Assembly (NCBI GenBank): GCA_041572575.1
Contig: JBFFSH010000002.1
Coordinates: 15,973 to 79,972 of the forward strand
Reading direction: 5' to 3'
DNA from: Thermodesulfobacteriota bacterium
GTDB lineage: Bacteria; Desulfobacterota_D; UBA1144; Nemesobacterales; N074bin48
DNA: 64,000 nt
The notes below the pieces were generated by a model. That model was not told the origin of the DNA and did no database searches. It saw nothing but the letters and a program-made list of their open reading frames with translations. Position numbers and translations under genes: made by a program. Shown piece after piece: positions 40,385-49,623 of this stretch. Position 1 is the stretch's first letter, and the number at the start of each line of letters is the position of its first letter.

Positions 40385-40875
40385 CATACTCATTTAAACA
40401 CGACAATCAGATCTATAAACTAAACTTCGAAAACGATGGTGGAAACCTGACTGTAGAACTCGAGGACTCTAAAAAAAAGGTTGAATTTAAAAAGCTCGAC
40501 GACTACCTTTATTCGATAATTATTAACGGCAAATCACACAATCTTGCTGTCATGAAAAAAGGCAAGGAAATCCAGGTCTTCTACCAGGGTAACATCTATA
40601 ATTTTGAAGCTGTATCAGAACTCGAACAAGCCAGAGGCGGAGCAGCAGGCGGTGGCGCTAATCAGATTACTGCTCCAATGCCAAGCAGAATCGTTAAACT
40701 TCTAAAGGGCGAAGGTGATGCAGTGGAGGAAGGTGAAGGAGTAATAGTTGTTGAAGCCATGAAAATGGAGAGCGAACTAAAAGCATCTCTTAGTGGCACT
40801 GTAAAAGATATTAAAGTAGCAGAAGGTGATACGGTTGAAGGTGGAGCCGTTTTGGTAGTTTTATCTGCTGAATAA
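40381..40875 (+). CDS. biotin carboxyl carrier protein
   Basis: Biotinylation motif EAMKMESE in the C-terminal lipoyl/biotinyl domain; 4-nt overlap with the BC gene. Confidence 0.85.
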   Translation: MTYSFKHDNQIYKLNFENDGGNLTVELEDSKKKVEFKKLDDYLYSIIINGKSHNLAVMKKGKEIQVFYQGNIYNFEAVSELEQARGGAAGGGANQITAPMPSRIVKLLKGEGDAVEEGEGVIVVEAMKMESELKASLSGTVKDIKVAEGDTVEGGAVLVVLSAE

Positions 40876-40950
40876 TTTTTTGCTATAGTTATACTCTTGA
40901 GTAGTCTTTTATTTATCTTCTAAAAAAACTTAAATACCGGAAGGTATCAT

Positions 40951-42579
40951 ATGAAAAAATTAATATTTTTTCTCTTTTTAACCTCATTTACTTTTTTAAG
41001 CTGCGGCACGCAGGAAACTTCAGAAGATAAATCTGCCGGATCACAATCAATCTTAAGAGACTCTCTTAGAATAAATATAGGAAGTGAGCCCCCCACTCTG
41101 GACTGGTCAAGATCCACAGACAGCACATCATATTCGATATTAATCAATATAATGGAGGGTCTAACCACCTTTGGGGATGATTATAAACCAGTACCAGCGC
41201 TTGCTCAAAGTTGGCAGATAAGTGAAGACGGCAAAACTTATACTTTTAAACTTAGAGAAAATGTTAAGTGGACTGATGGCAGACCGCTTGAAGCCAAGGA
41301 TTTTGAATACTCATGGAAAAGGCTCCTTAGCCCGGAAACAGGTGCGGATTATGCCTACTTTCTTTATGATATAGAAAATGCCCAAGAATATAATACTGGC
41401 AAGATCAAAGATAAAAATAGTATTGGAATTAAAACAATTGATAACACTACATTAGAGGTCACATTAAAAAGACCAGCATCTTATTTCCTTAGCATCGTAA
41501 GCTTCATGTCCACTTTTCCAATGAGAGAAGATATCATTGAAAAATATGGGATCAAGTGGACAGAGCCTGAAAACATGGTCACTTTGGGAGCATATAAACT
41601 ACAAAGCTGGAAGCACCATGACAAGCTTATAATTGTTAGATATGACAATTATTGGGGCAAAAAACCTGCAATAAAAAATGTTGAAATGATCATGAATGAA
41701 AATCAGTCCTCAGCTCTTGCTCTTTATGAGAGTGGTGAGCTTGATTATGTAGATACAAAAAGCATGCCTCACCTGGAAATCCCGCGCCTAAGACTATCAC
41801 CCGATTTTCGTACACAACCACAATTTACAGTGAATTATCTGGGTTTTAATACGAAAAAAGCCCCTTTTGATAACCCTCTTGTAAGAAAAGCGTTCTCTGC
41901 ATCCATAAACAGGCGAAATATTTCTGAAGTAGTCCAGGGAGGAGGCATTCCGGCAACCTCATGGATACCTAAAGGAATGCTGGCATATAATGAAGATATT
42001 GGTATAGATTTTGATCCAGATATGGCAAAAGAACTTCTAAAGCAGGCCGGTTTTTCTAACCCTGAAGATTTTCCCAAGATCACATTCTTATACCCGGATG
42101 TAAGGAACAACCGTATAATTGCAGAATCTATGCAAAGTATGTGGAAAGAATACTTAGGCATTGATGTAGAGCTTATAAATCAGGAGTGGAAAGTGTATCT
42201 TGATACAGTAACCACAGACCCACCTCATATTTACAGAGCAGGTTGGGCAGCAGATTTTCCAGACCCTCATAACTTTATGAACCTGTTTGGGTGCAGCAGC
42301 GGAAATAATAACACCAGATGGTGCAATCCTGAATATGATAAACTTGTAGAAAGTGCCGCGGGGCAGCTTGATGAGAATAAAAGAAGGGTACTTTACAATA
42401 AAGCTCAGATAATACTTATTGAAACCGACGTACCGATAGCCCCGTTTCTATTATCTATACAGCAAAGCATGTTAAAGCCTTACGTGCAGGGGCTTGAGCC
42501 AAACCCACTGGGGTTTATCTTCTTTAACAGGGTTTCATTTAAAGATGGAACCCCTGCATCAATTTCATCTGAAAAATAA
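40951..42579 (+). CDS. ABC transporter substrate-binding lipoprotein, SBP family 5 (Opp/Dpp/Nik-like)
   Basis: Lipobox FLSCGT; family-5 SBP architecture; no cognate permease or ATPase genes adjacent. Confidence 0.75.
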   Translation: MKKLIFFLFLTSFTFLSCGTQETSEDKSAGSQSILRDSLRINIGSEPPTLDWSRSTDSTSYSILINIMEGLTTFGDDYKPVPALAQSWQISEDGKTYTFKLRENVKWTDGRPLEAKDFEYSWKRLLSPETGADYAYFLYDIENAQEYNTGKIKDKNSIGIKTIDNTTLEVTLKRPASYFLSIVSFMSTFPMREDIIEKYGIKWTEPENMVTLGAYKLQSWKHHDKLIIVRYDNYWGKKPAIKNVEMIMNENQSSALALYESGELDYVDTKSMPHLEIPRLRLSPDFRTQPQFTVNYLGFNTKKAPFDNPLVRKAFSASINRRNISEVVQGGGIPATSWIPKGMLAYNEDIGIDFDPDMAKELLKQAGFSNPEDFPKITFLYPDVRNNRIIAESMQSMWKEYLGIDVELINQEWKVYLDTVTTDPPHIYRAGWAADFPDPHNFMNLFGCSSGNNNTRWCNPEYDKLVESAAGQLDENKRRVLYNKAQIILIETDVPIAPFLLSIQQSMLKPYVQGLEPNPLGFIFFNRVSFKDGTPASISSEK

Positions 42580-42581
42580 TT

Positions 42582-43634
42582 CTACTTGTTTTTAAAGTAA
42601 GGAATGATTTTCTTTGCATAAGTCTGAAGAGCCTTTTCAGGATCGGGACTAAATCTGTAAAACAGCACGAAGTGTCTTACTCCCTTACTAATATACCTTT
42701 CGATTTTCTTGATACAGTCCTTGTATGATCCAGTGATTGTGAAGTCAAGTATAGCTTCTCTTGGAAAATACTGTCCAAGCTCTCTGAATTTTTGTCTTCC
42801 TTTTTCGTCAGTAGGTGTAACATTAAAATAGTTAAGCCCGTGATATTTCTTTGGAATCTTAACGTCATAACCGGCCTTTAGAAGCTGATCCTGCATAACA
42901 AGAACATATTTGAAAGGCTCCAGCGTTTTATAGGCCTCATCTTCATTTTCACCCACTGATGTAAATACCCACAGTGCAGGATCAAATTTCCTGAGGCTTC
43001 TCTTTGCTTTTTTGGCAGCTGTTTTTATATCACCCAGATACTCCTTATACAGCCCGGGATTTAAATCAATAGGAAGCCAGCCATCCGCTGTTTCACCTGT
43101 AAGCTTAAGTCCTTTTGGAGTGTGGGTTGCCAGATAAACAGGAATGTTATTTCTTTGATAAGGTTTTATTTGCAAAAATGCATCTTTTAGCTGAAAGAAT
43201 TTACCCTTGTAATTAACATGAGAATCTTCTTTCCAAAGTTTTCTCATCACTTCAATCGATTCTCTTACCCTTGCAAGAGGTTTATCCCACGGAATGTTAT
43301 AAGCGTCGAGGTTCATTGACTCACCAACACCAAGCGCGAGATTCACCCTGCCCTGTGATATGTGGTCAATAGTAGCAAGTCTCTGTGCCATCACAGCAGG
43401 ATGCATTCTGTGAGGGTCAGATACTGTGCCCATATTTATATTTTTTGTTTTAGTAGCAGCAAGAGTACCCACAGTCCATGCTTCATAAGCAGTTGTGGGA
43501 GCTACAAATACGACGTGGTCAGGAAACCAGACTGTATCAAATCCCAGCCTGTCCGCTCTTTGTGAAAAATTTAGTAGTCCGTCAAGATCAGCACCAGGCA
43601 TTGGTGCAGAAAGTCCAAATTTAATTTCCGGCAT
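42582..43634 (-). CDS. LLM-class flavin-dependent oxidoreductase (luciferase-like)
   Basis: IKFGLSAP...GFDTVWFPDHVVF TIM-barrel LLM signature. Confidence 0.75.
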   Translation of the reverse strand: MPEIKFGLSAPMPGADLDGLLNFSQRADRLGFDTVWFPDHVVFVAPTTAYEAWTVGTLAATKTKNINMGTVSDPHRMHPAVMAQRLATIDHISQGRVNLALGVGESMNLDAYNIPWDKPLARVRESIEVMRKLWKEDSHVNYKGKFFQLKDAFLQIKPYQRNNIPVYLATHTPKGLKLTGETADGWLPIDLNPGLYKEYLGDIKTAAKKAKRSLRKFDPALWVFTSVGENEDEAYKTLEPFKYVLVMQDQLLKAGYDVKIPKKYHGLNYFNVTPTDEKGRQKFRELGQYFPREAILDFTITGSYKDCIKKIERYISKGVRHFVLFYRFSPDPEKALQTYAKKIIPYFKNK

Positions 43635-43734
43635 ATTATTTCACCTCTCCTAATAGAGTTTTAATCATTATAAACCATTTGCCCCTTCCGAAGCAAGGGG
43701 AAATATTTAAGCTTAGTATTTGTATAAATTAATT

Positions 43735-44124
43735 CTAGTCCCAAATTCTCTCTACACTATACATATCAAAACTATTATCTGTGCTTATGATTGGAATGGC
43801 TTCGGTAATGGATTGAGAAATTATCAGTCTGTCAAAAGGGTCTCTGTGATAGAAAGGTAAAGACTCTATCTTATAAATATGCTCCAAAGTAATATCAAAT
43901 ATTTTAATACCGTTTGCGATAACATGGTCTTCTACAAATTTTTCAAGACTGTTTGTAATCTTTAGTTTATTTAAACTAATCTTGATCGCCATCTCCCACA
44001 CACTGGCTTTACTAATGTATATCTCATTACTTTGCTCAAGGTATAGCGATTTACATTTTATAGGAAGCTTTGAACTATCAGAAGTTATCCAAAGAAGAGC
44101 ATGGGTATCCAATAGGTATTTCAA
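43735..44124 (-). CDS. vapC: type II toxin VapC (PIN domain)
   Basis: MKYLLDTHALLW start with conserved Asp; PIN acidic residues; 4-nt ATGA overlap with the antitoxin. Confidence 0.8.
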   Translation of the reverse strand: MKYLLDTHALLWITSDSSKLPIKCKSLYLEQSNEIYISKASVWEMAIKISLNKLKITNSLEKFVEDHVIANGIKIFDITLEHIYKIESLPFYHRDPFDRLIISQSITEAIPIISTDNSFDMYSVERIWD

Positions 44125-44348
44125 TGTGTATATTCCTTAAAATCTTCAAGTGGAGCATCGAAATCATCAGATATAGTTACCAAACCTTTGGCAGAATCTA
44201 ATTTTCTTTTGGGTTTTAGATCATCTATCAATACAAGCTTGGCAACAGGCTTATTACCTTTTGCTATAACCACTTCTTCACCCTTCTTTATTTTTTCTAT
44301 TAGCTTGGAAAGTTGAGTCTTTGCTTCATGAATATTAACTTGTGTCAT
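44121..44348 (-). CDS. type II antitoxin, Phd/YefM family
   Basis: VNIHEAKTQLSKLIEKIKKGEEVVIAKGNKPVAKLV. Confidence 0.8.
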   Translation of the reverse strand: MTQVNIHEAKTQLSKLIEKIKKGEEVVIAKGNKPVAKLVLIDDLKPKRKLDSAKGLVTISDDFDAPLEDFKEYTH

Positions 44349-44437
44349 ATATGAACCTCTTTAGTATTGTATACAATATACTTAGCTAAGTTATATGACT
44401 AAGTCAACTTTGTCAAATCTATCTTTGGGATAGTATT

Positions 44438-44473
44438 AAAAAAAAGGGCAACCAAACGGTTGCCCTTTTTAAT
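44438..44473 (-). terminator. strong intrinsic terminator after cysH; bidirectional-capable
   Basis: AAGGGCAACC-aaac-GGTTGCCCTT, a 10-bp stem flanked by an A7 run and a T-run. Confidence 0.75.
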
Positions 44474-44504
44474 TCTGGATAGTTAATTTTGAGTTTGAAA
44501 GGAA

Positions 44505-45227
44505 TTACTTACCGTGATCCATATGAAGTCCGCACTCTTTGTCAGACTCATTTTCCCACCACCAGCGGCCGGCTCTCAGATCTTCGCCTTCCTTAATGGC
44601 TCTTGTGCATGGCTCACAGCCTATGCTTGGGTAGCCTTTATCGTGTAGTTTGTTGTATGGAACATTGTTTGCTTTAATATATTCCCATGTCTCGTCCCAT
44701 GACCAGTTGATAATTGGGTTCACTTTTAAAATACCGCCAAATACATTGTCGATTTCGAAGATTGCAGAATCGCCTCTGTTCTGAGTCTGGTCTGCTCTGA
44801 TTCCTGTAATCCATCCATCTAGGGTTCCAAGAATTTTCTTAAGCGGTGTTACTTTTCTTATTCCACAGCAAAGTTTTCTATTATCCTGACCTTTATAGAA
44901 CAGATTCATTCCATGTTCTCTTACCATGGCTTCAGTTTCTGCGGTCTCTGGAAACATAACCTCAAGATTAAGATCATATTTATTTCTTACGTCATCCATA
45001 ACGTTATATGTTTCCTGATTAAGCCTTCCTGTATCGAGTGAAAATACTCTGGCTTCTGGGCTTATTTTCATAAGCATGTCTATAACTACAACGTCCTCTG
45101 CTCCAAAGCTTGAAGCTAGAGCTATATTTGGATGAACATTATCGAGCGCCCATTTTAGTGCATCCTCTGGGGCCTTACCACTAAATTCGTTGTTGAGTTC
45201 TTCAACCTGTTTTGCATCAAATGCCAT
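44505..45227 (-). CDS. cysH: adenylyl-sulfate (APS) reductase, thioredoxin-dependent, Fe-S type
   Basis: Cys pairs KLCCGI and SIGCEPCT; catalytic ECGLH at the C-terminus. Confidence 0.85.
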   Translation of the reverse strand: MAFDAKQVEELNNEFSGKAPEDALKWALDNVHPNIALASSFGAEDVVVIDMLMKISPEARVFSLDTGRLNQETYNVMDDVRNKYDLNLEVMFPETAETEAMVREHGMNLFYKGQDNRKLCCGIRKVTPLKKILGTLDGWITGIRADQTQNRGDSAIFEIDNVFGGILKVNPIINWSWDETWEYIKANNVPYNKLHDKGYPSIGCEPCTRAIKEGEDLRAGRWWWENESDKECGLHMDHGK

Positions 45228-45264
45228 GACTGCCTCCTACAAATGTATATTTATTTGTTTTTAT

Positions 45265-46422
45265 TTATTTTTTATATGCTTCCATTAAAATCCTGGATAC
45301 TTCAGGTCTTGTAAATTCCCCCGGCAGATCCACGCCTTCTGTAAGCATATCCCTTACCTTTGTACCGCTTAAAAATACATGATTTTCCTTTGCATGACCG
45401 CATGTTTTAGAGCTTGCCATGTTACCACAGCTCTTACAGAAAAATGAATGATCGAAGAAAATCGGGGTTATTCCCATCTCTTCTAATGTAAACTCTCTGA
45501 ATATATGATGAGCATCATATGTGCCGTAATAATTTCCTACTCCTGCATGATCCCTTCCTACAATAAAGTGTGTACATCCATAGTTCTTTCTTAAAAGAGC
45601 ATGAAAAATCGCCTCTCTTGGCCCGGCATACCTCATTGAAGCCGGCAGCACTGAAAGTAATACCCTGTCATCAGGGAAATAGTTTTCAATAAGTGCCTCG
45701 TAGCACCTCATTCTGATATCAGCCGGAATATCATCAGATTTTGTCTCACCAACTACAGGATGAATTAATAATCCATCAACCATCTCGAGTGCACATTTTT
45801 GCAGATACTCATGTGCCCTGTGTATCGGGTTCCTGGTCTGAAAAGCCACTACTGTTTTCCAGCCCTGTTTATTAAAATAGTCTCTTGTTTTTCTAGGCTC
45901 TAATCTTCTTTCAACAAACTCCACTCCTGTAATATGATTGAGAAGACTAACCTTGCCGCCAAGCAGCACATCCCCCTGCTCATAAACTACTGCTACTCCA
46001 GGGTGGGCTTCGTCTGTGGTTTTATAAACAAGCTCCGCCTCTTTTTTCTTATCATATTCATACTTTTCTTCAAGGTGAAGTATTGCTAATATGTTTCCTG
46101 CCTCATCTTTTAAAACTAAATCATCGCCATCCTGAAACTCTTTTGCCTGCTCGGTTGTAACAGGAAGCTTGATTGGCAAACTCCAGGGAAGCCCATTTGC
46201 AAGCCTCATATTTTCTACAACGCTTTCGTAATCAGCCTTGTTCATAAACCCTTCAAGTGGACTCATGGCTCCATTGCATATAAGCTCTAAATCTGTAATT
46301 ACCCTAAAAGGTGCTGTGATACTTTTAAGACTATCTGCCTTACCAAGCCACTGCTCTCTTTCTGATCCTTCCAACACCCTGTTTACGAGTGTTCCGCCAT
46401 GTGCTTCAATTGTATCGCTCAT
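45265..46422 (-). CDS. sat: sulfate adenylyltransferase (ATP sulfurylase, Sat type)
   Basis: QTRNPIHRAHE and GRDHAGVG motifs. Confidence 0.9.
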   Translation of the reverse strand: MSDTIEAHGGTLVNRVLEGSEREQWLGKADSLKSITAPFRVITDLELICNGAMSPLEGFMNKADYESVVENMRLANGLPWSLPIKLPVTTEQAKEFQDGDDLVLKDEAGNILAILHLEEKYEYDKKKEAELVYKTTDEAHPGVAVVYEQGDVLLGGKVSLLNHITGVEFVERRLEPRKTRDYFNKQGWKTVVAFQTRNPIHRAHEYLQKCALEMVDGLLIHPVVGETKSDDIPADIRMRCYEALIENYFPDDRVLLSVLPASMRYAGPREAIFHALLRKNYGCTHFIVGRDHAGVGNYYGTYDAHHIFREFTLEEMGITPIFFDHSFFCKSCGNMASSKTCGHAKENHVFLSGTKVRDMLTEGVDLPGEFTRPEVSRILMEAYKK

Positions 46423-46441
46423 TTACTTAAATTCTCCTTGT

Positions 46442-47443
46442 CTAAAAATTCGACATTGCTATAGTTCCGTACTTAAAGTATAGAGAGGAAAGGCCGTAAC
46501 TGATTCCCACTGCTACAAACGGTACTACAAACCAAAAAAATGCTATCTGAACTACGTGCCTGTTTTGGGCCGTAATTGCAAACCCATGCTGTGCACAGGA
46601 AAAGCCTATTATACCAGAAGTTATGATTTCCGCCATAGATATTGGAATTCCTAAAAAAGATGCCGTTATAAGCAATGCTGCTCCGGTAAATTCAACAGAA
46701 ATGGCCCTTAATATACAAATTTCCGTAATCTGCTTTCCAACTGTTTCTATTACCCTGCCGCCAAAAAGAATTGCTCCTATTGCCATACCAACCCCGGCAA
46801 GAATTGCGCCGTTATGAGTAGTAAGAAGCCCCATGCCTACGAGTGGTCCTACGGAGTTTGCAGAGTTGTTGGCACCTGCAGAAAATGCCAAAAAACAACC
46901 TGATATCGTAAGCATTATAGTAAGAATGCTGTTTATTTTCTTTTCCGGAAATCTTTTAGCCAGATACATGAGAGTTCTAAAATAGAGGTATCTTCCTAAA
47001 AGATAATTAATAGTCCACATCACAAGTGGGGCAGCCACCCACCATATGACGATTTCAAAAAACTTCTCAGAGTTAAATGATTTAGAAAAAAGTCCAACAC
47101 CTGCAATAGCACATACAATTGCATGAGTAGTAGCAATAGGAACCTTGGCGATATTAGCCCATGAAATGAAAAATACTGCTATCACAAGCACTATCAATAC
47201 AAGCCCAATATTAGATGTAAGCACATCTCCGGGCACAATCCCCTTACCCAGGGTTTCTACAACTGGCCCTCCGGCAAGTAACGCCCCGAACACAGCAAAA
47301 ATAGCTATTAATGTTACAGCCTCTCTTTTTGTGCGCACCCCTGCGCCGTAAGCTGTTGCCATAGATGCAGCCGAGTTGTTGGCTCCTATATTCAGGGCCA
47401 AAAACGTAGATAAAACAATAGCAATCGGTATTAATAGTTCCAA
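46442..47443 (-). CDS. cysP: PiT-family transporter, likely sulfate permease CysP
   Basis: PiT-family duplicated GANDxAN-like motifs (GANNSAAS, GANNSANS); operon position matches B. subtilis cysH-cysP-sat. Confidence 0.65.
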   Translation of the reverse strand: MELLIPIAIVLSTFLALNIGANNSAASMATAYGAGVRTKREAVTLIAIFAVFGALLAGGPVVETLGKGIVPGDVLTSNIGLVLIVLVIAVFFISWANIAKVPIATTHAIVCAIAGVGLFSKSFNSEKFFEIVIWWVAAPLVMWTINYLLGRYLYFRTLMYLAKRFPEKKINSILTIMLTISGCFLAFSAGANNSANSVGPLVGMGLLTTHNGAILAGVGMAIGAILFGGRVIETVGKQITEICILRAISVEFTGAALLITASFLGIPISMAEIITSGIIGFSCAQHGFAITAQNRHVVQIAFFWFVVPFVAVGISYGLSSLYFKYGTIAMSNF

Positions 47444-47577
47444 AAACCTTTCACCAATAAATTAGATCAATTATGCAGTAATTATTAAAATGACAAAATT
47501 AGAAGCTATATAGCAAGTTTTATTCCAAATTTTGTGCAATAATTTCAGCATGTTACATAATATTATCAATCTTACAG

Positions 47578-49020
47578 TTGAATACCTGTTATCCAATATG
47601 TATATTTTTGATACATATGGTTAAAAAGTTATCAAATAATAAAATTGCTTTAATTTCAAAGAACAAAACGCTTCATGATGAAATCCAAAACCTCCTTGGC
47701 GCTGAATTCGATATCACTGATTTTGATGACAGAACTCAGGGCATAGATGCCGGTGTAATTTTTCTCGATGTTGACACGGTAGGAATAAACCATCTGTACG
47801 GATTAAAAGATGACCACTTTGTAATTGTTGTCACGGCCAAAAAAGGCTCGAGATATTTGATTGAAGCCATGACATTTGGGGCATTTGATTGTTTAATCAG
47901 CCCATTTGAAAAAGACCAGCTTGCAGGCACCGTAAAAAGAGCAATTGGCATACAGCAGGAGCTTAAAGGAAAGAAAATAGAGTTTCCAGGAGATATTGAA
48001 GGCAGCAGCATAACCTGTGCTATTGTAGGTGATTCACCCGTGCTTCAGGAAGTGTGTAAAACCATCGGACAAGTGGGCAGAGTAGATGTGCCGGTTCTCA
48101 TTACAGGTGAGAGCGGAACAGGAAAGGACCTCGTTGCTGAATCTATATGGAAAGTAAGCAGAAGATGGGAGAAACCTTTTATCATTATAAACTGTGCAGC
48201 TATTCCTGATTCGCTTTTGGAAGCTGAGCTCTTTGGACATGAAAAGGGAGCTTTTACCGGTGCTGATACGAGCAGGAAGGGAAAATTCGAAGAAGCAGAC
48301 GGCGGGACTATATTTCTGGACGAGATTGGAGATATGTCTCTAACTCTTCAGGCAAAGCTTCTGAGGGTGCTTCAAAACCAGACATTTCAGAAACTTGGCA
48401 GTAATAAGGATATAGAGGTGAATGTAAGAGTAATAGCCGCTACAAATAAAAATTTGGAGCAGCTTGTTGAGCAGGAACTTTTTCGCGGGGATTTGTACTA
48501 TAGGTTAAATGTAGTTGAAATTAATCTGCCTGCCCTGCATGAGAGAAAAGAAGACATTCCGCTTCTTACTCAGTGCTTTGCCCGGCGACACAGTACACAG
48601 GCTGGAAAAGACATTAAAGGATTTTCCACTAAATATATAGAAAAACTAACTGAGCATGACTGGCCAGGGAACATAAGGGAGCTAGAAAATACTGTACGAA
48701 AATCAATTGCACTCTCTAAGACTAATTATCTCACTTCCTATGATCTTAAACTACCTACAAATATTAAATCTAACGCTGAAGATACATTATCCCAAAGCCA
48801 GGATGAAATTGAGTCTATAGTTTCTTCAAAGATTGAATTATCAAATGCAGGCGATGATAATCTATATAGTGAAACTATAAAGGAAGTTGAAAGGTCTCTT
48901 ATTGAAAAGGCTTTGGCCCAGACAAAGTGGAACAGATCAAAAGCCGCACGTATGCTTGGGATAAACAGGATTACACTTAGAAGAAAGATTGAGGAGTTTG
49001 ATATCAGTTTCCCAAACTAG
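47578..49020 (+). CDS. sigma-54-dependent Fis-family transcriptional activator with a degenerate N-terminal receiver-like domain
   Basis: AAA+ sigma-54 interaction domain (GESGTGKDLVAE, GAFTGA, ESELFGHEKGAF) and a C-terminal Fis HTH; the N-domain lacks the receiver KP motif and the early DD pair. Confidence 0.85.
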   Translation: MNTCYPICIFLIHMVKKLSNNKIALISKNKTLHDEIQNLLGAEFDITDFDDRTQGIDAGVIFLDVDTVGINHLYGLKDDHFVIVVTAKKGSRYLIEAMTFGAFDCLISPFEKDQLAGTVKRAIGIQQELKGKKIEFPGDIEGSSITCAIVGDSPVLQEVCKTIGQVGRVDVPVLITGESGTGKDLVAESIWKVSRRWEKPFIIINCAAIPDSLLEAELFGHEKGAFTGADTSRKGKFEEADGGTIFLDEIGDMSLTLQAKLLRVLQNQTFQKLGSNKDIEVNVRVIAATNKNLEQLVEQELFRGDLYYRLNVVEINLPALHERKEDIPLLTQCFARRHSTQAGKDIKGFSTKYIEKLTEHDWPGNIRELENTVRKSIALSKTNYLTSYDLKLPTNIKSNAEDTLSQSQDEIESIVSSKIELSNAGDDNLYSETIKEVERSLIEKALAQTKWNRSKAARMLGINRITLRRKIEEFDISFPN

Positions 49021-49029
49021 TACTCCTGG

Positions 49030-49590
49030 TTACAATAAATCACTAATTTTAAAGATGGGTTTGTACTCTATGCCAAGTTCATCAAACTTCTCCTCACCAC
49101 CAGCTTCTCTGTCTACTATTACATAAACCGCCTCGACAATTGCGCCAAGCTCCTGAACTGCTTTTATGGCTTTTATTACTGACCCAGCGGTTGTTACAAC
49201 ATCTTCGACTACAACTACCTTATCGCCTTTATTAATATTTCCCTCAATGAGTTTTCCTGTACCGTGCTTCTTCTCTTCTTTTCTAACTAAAAACCCTTTT
49301 AATCCCCTTCCAATAACATGACTTTGGGCAATCACAGAGCCCACAATAGGGTCTGCTCCCATTGTAGGACCACCTACACCTACAATTTCTGCATTCTTTA
49401 TTAATTCACTCAGGATTATCTTGCCAACAAGATAAACACCCTCAGCATCCAGAGTAGTAAGCCTGGCATCGATGTAGTAATCACTTTTCTTGCCCGATGC
49501 AAGGGTAAAATCTCCCCTCATAATTGATTTTTCCTGCAGTATTTCTTTTAATCTTTGTTTTTCGGTATCCATGTGTAACAATCTAACCAT
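49030..49590 (-). CDS. pyrE: orotate phosphoribosyltransferase
   Basis: PRPP-binding VVVVEDVVTTAGS. Confidence 0.9.
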   Translation of the reverse strand: MVRLLHMDTEKQRLKEILQEKSIMRGDFTLASGKKSDYYIDARLTTLDAEGVYLVGKIILSELIKNAEIVGVGGPTMGADPIVGSVIAQSHVIGRGLKGFLVRKEEKKHGTGKLIEGNINKGDKVVVVEDVVTTAGSVIKAIKAVQELGAIVEAVYVIVDREAGGEEKFDELGIEYKPIFKISDLL

Positions 49591-49623
49591 TACCTGAAAG
49601 TTATTTCAAATAATTATGAATAA

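Noticed and set aside
40876-40950. Possible terminator hairpin after the BCCP gene (TACTC-tt-GAGTA)
   Set aside because: The stem is only 5 bp with a 2-nt loop; too weak to call.
47444-47577. Sigma-54 promoter for cysP-sat-cysH in the spacer divergent from the sigma-54 activator
   Set aside because: The best candidate (TGCAA-N5-TCAGCA on the plus strand) lacks the GG of the -24 element; not a credible -24/-12 site.
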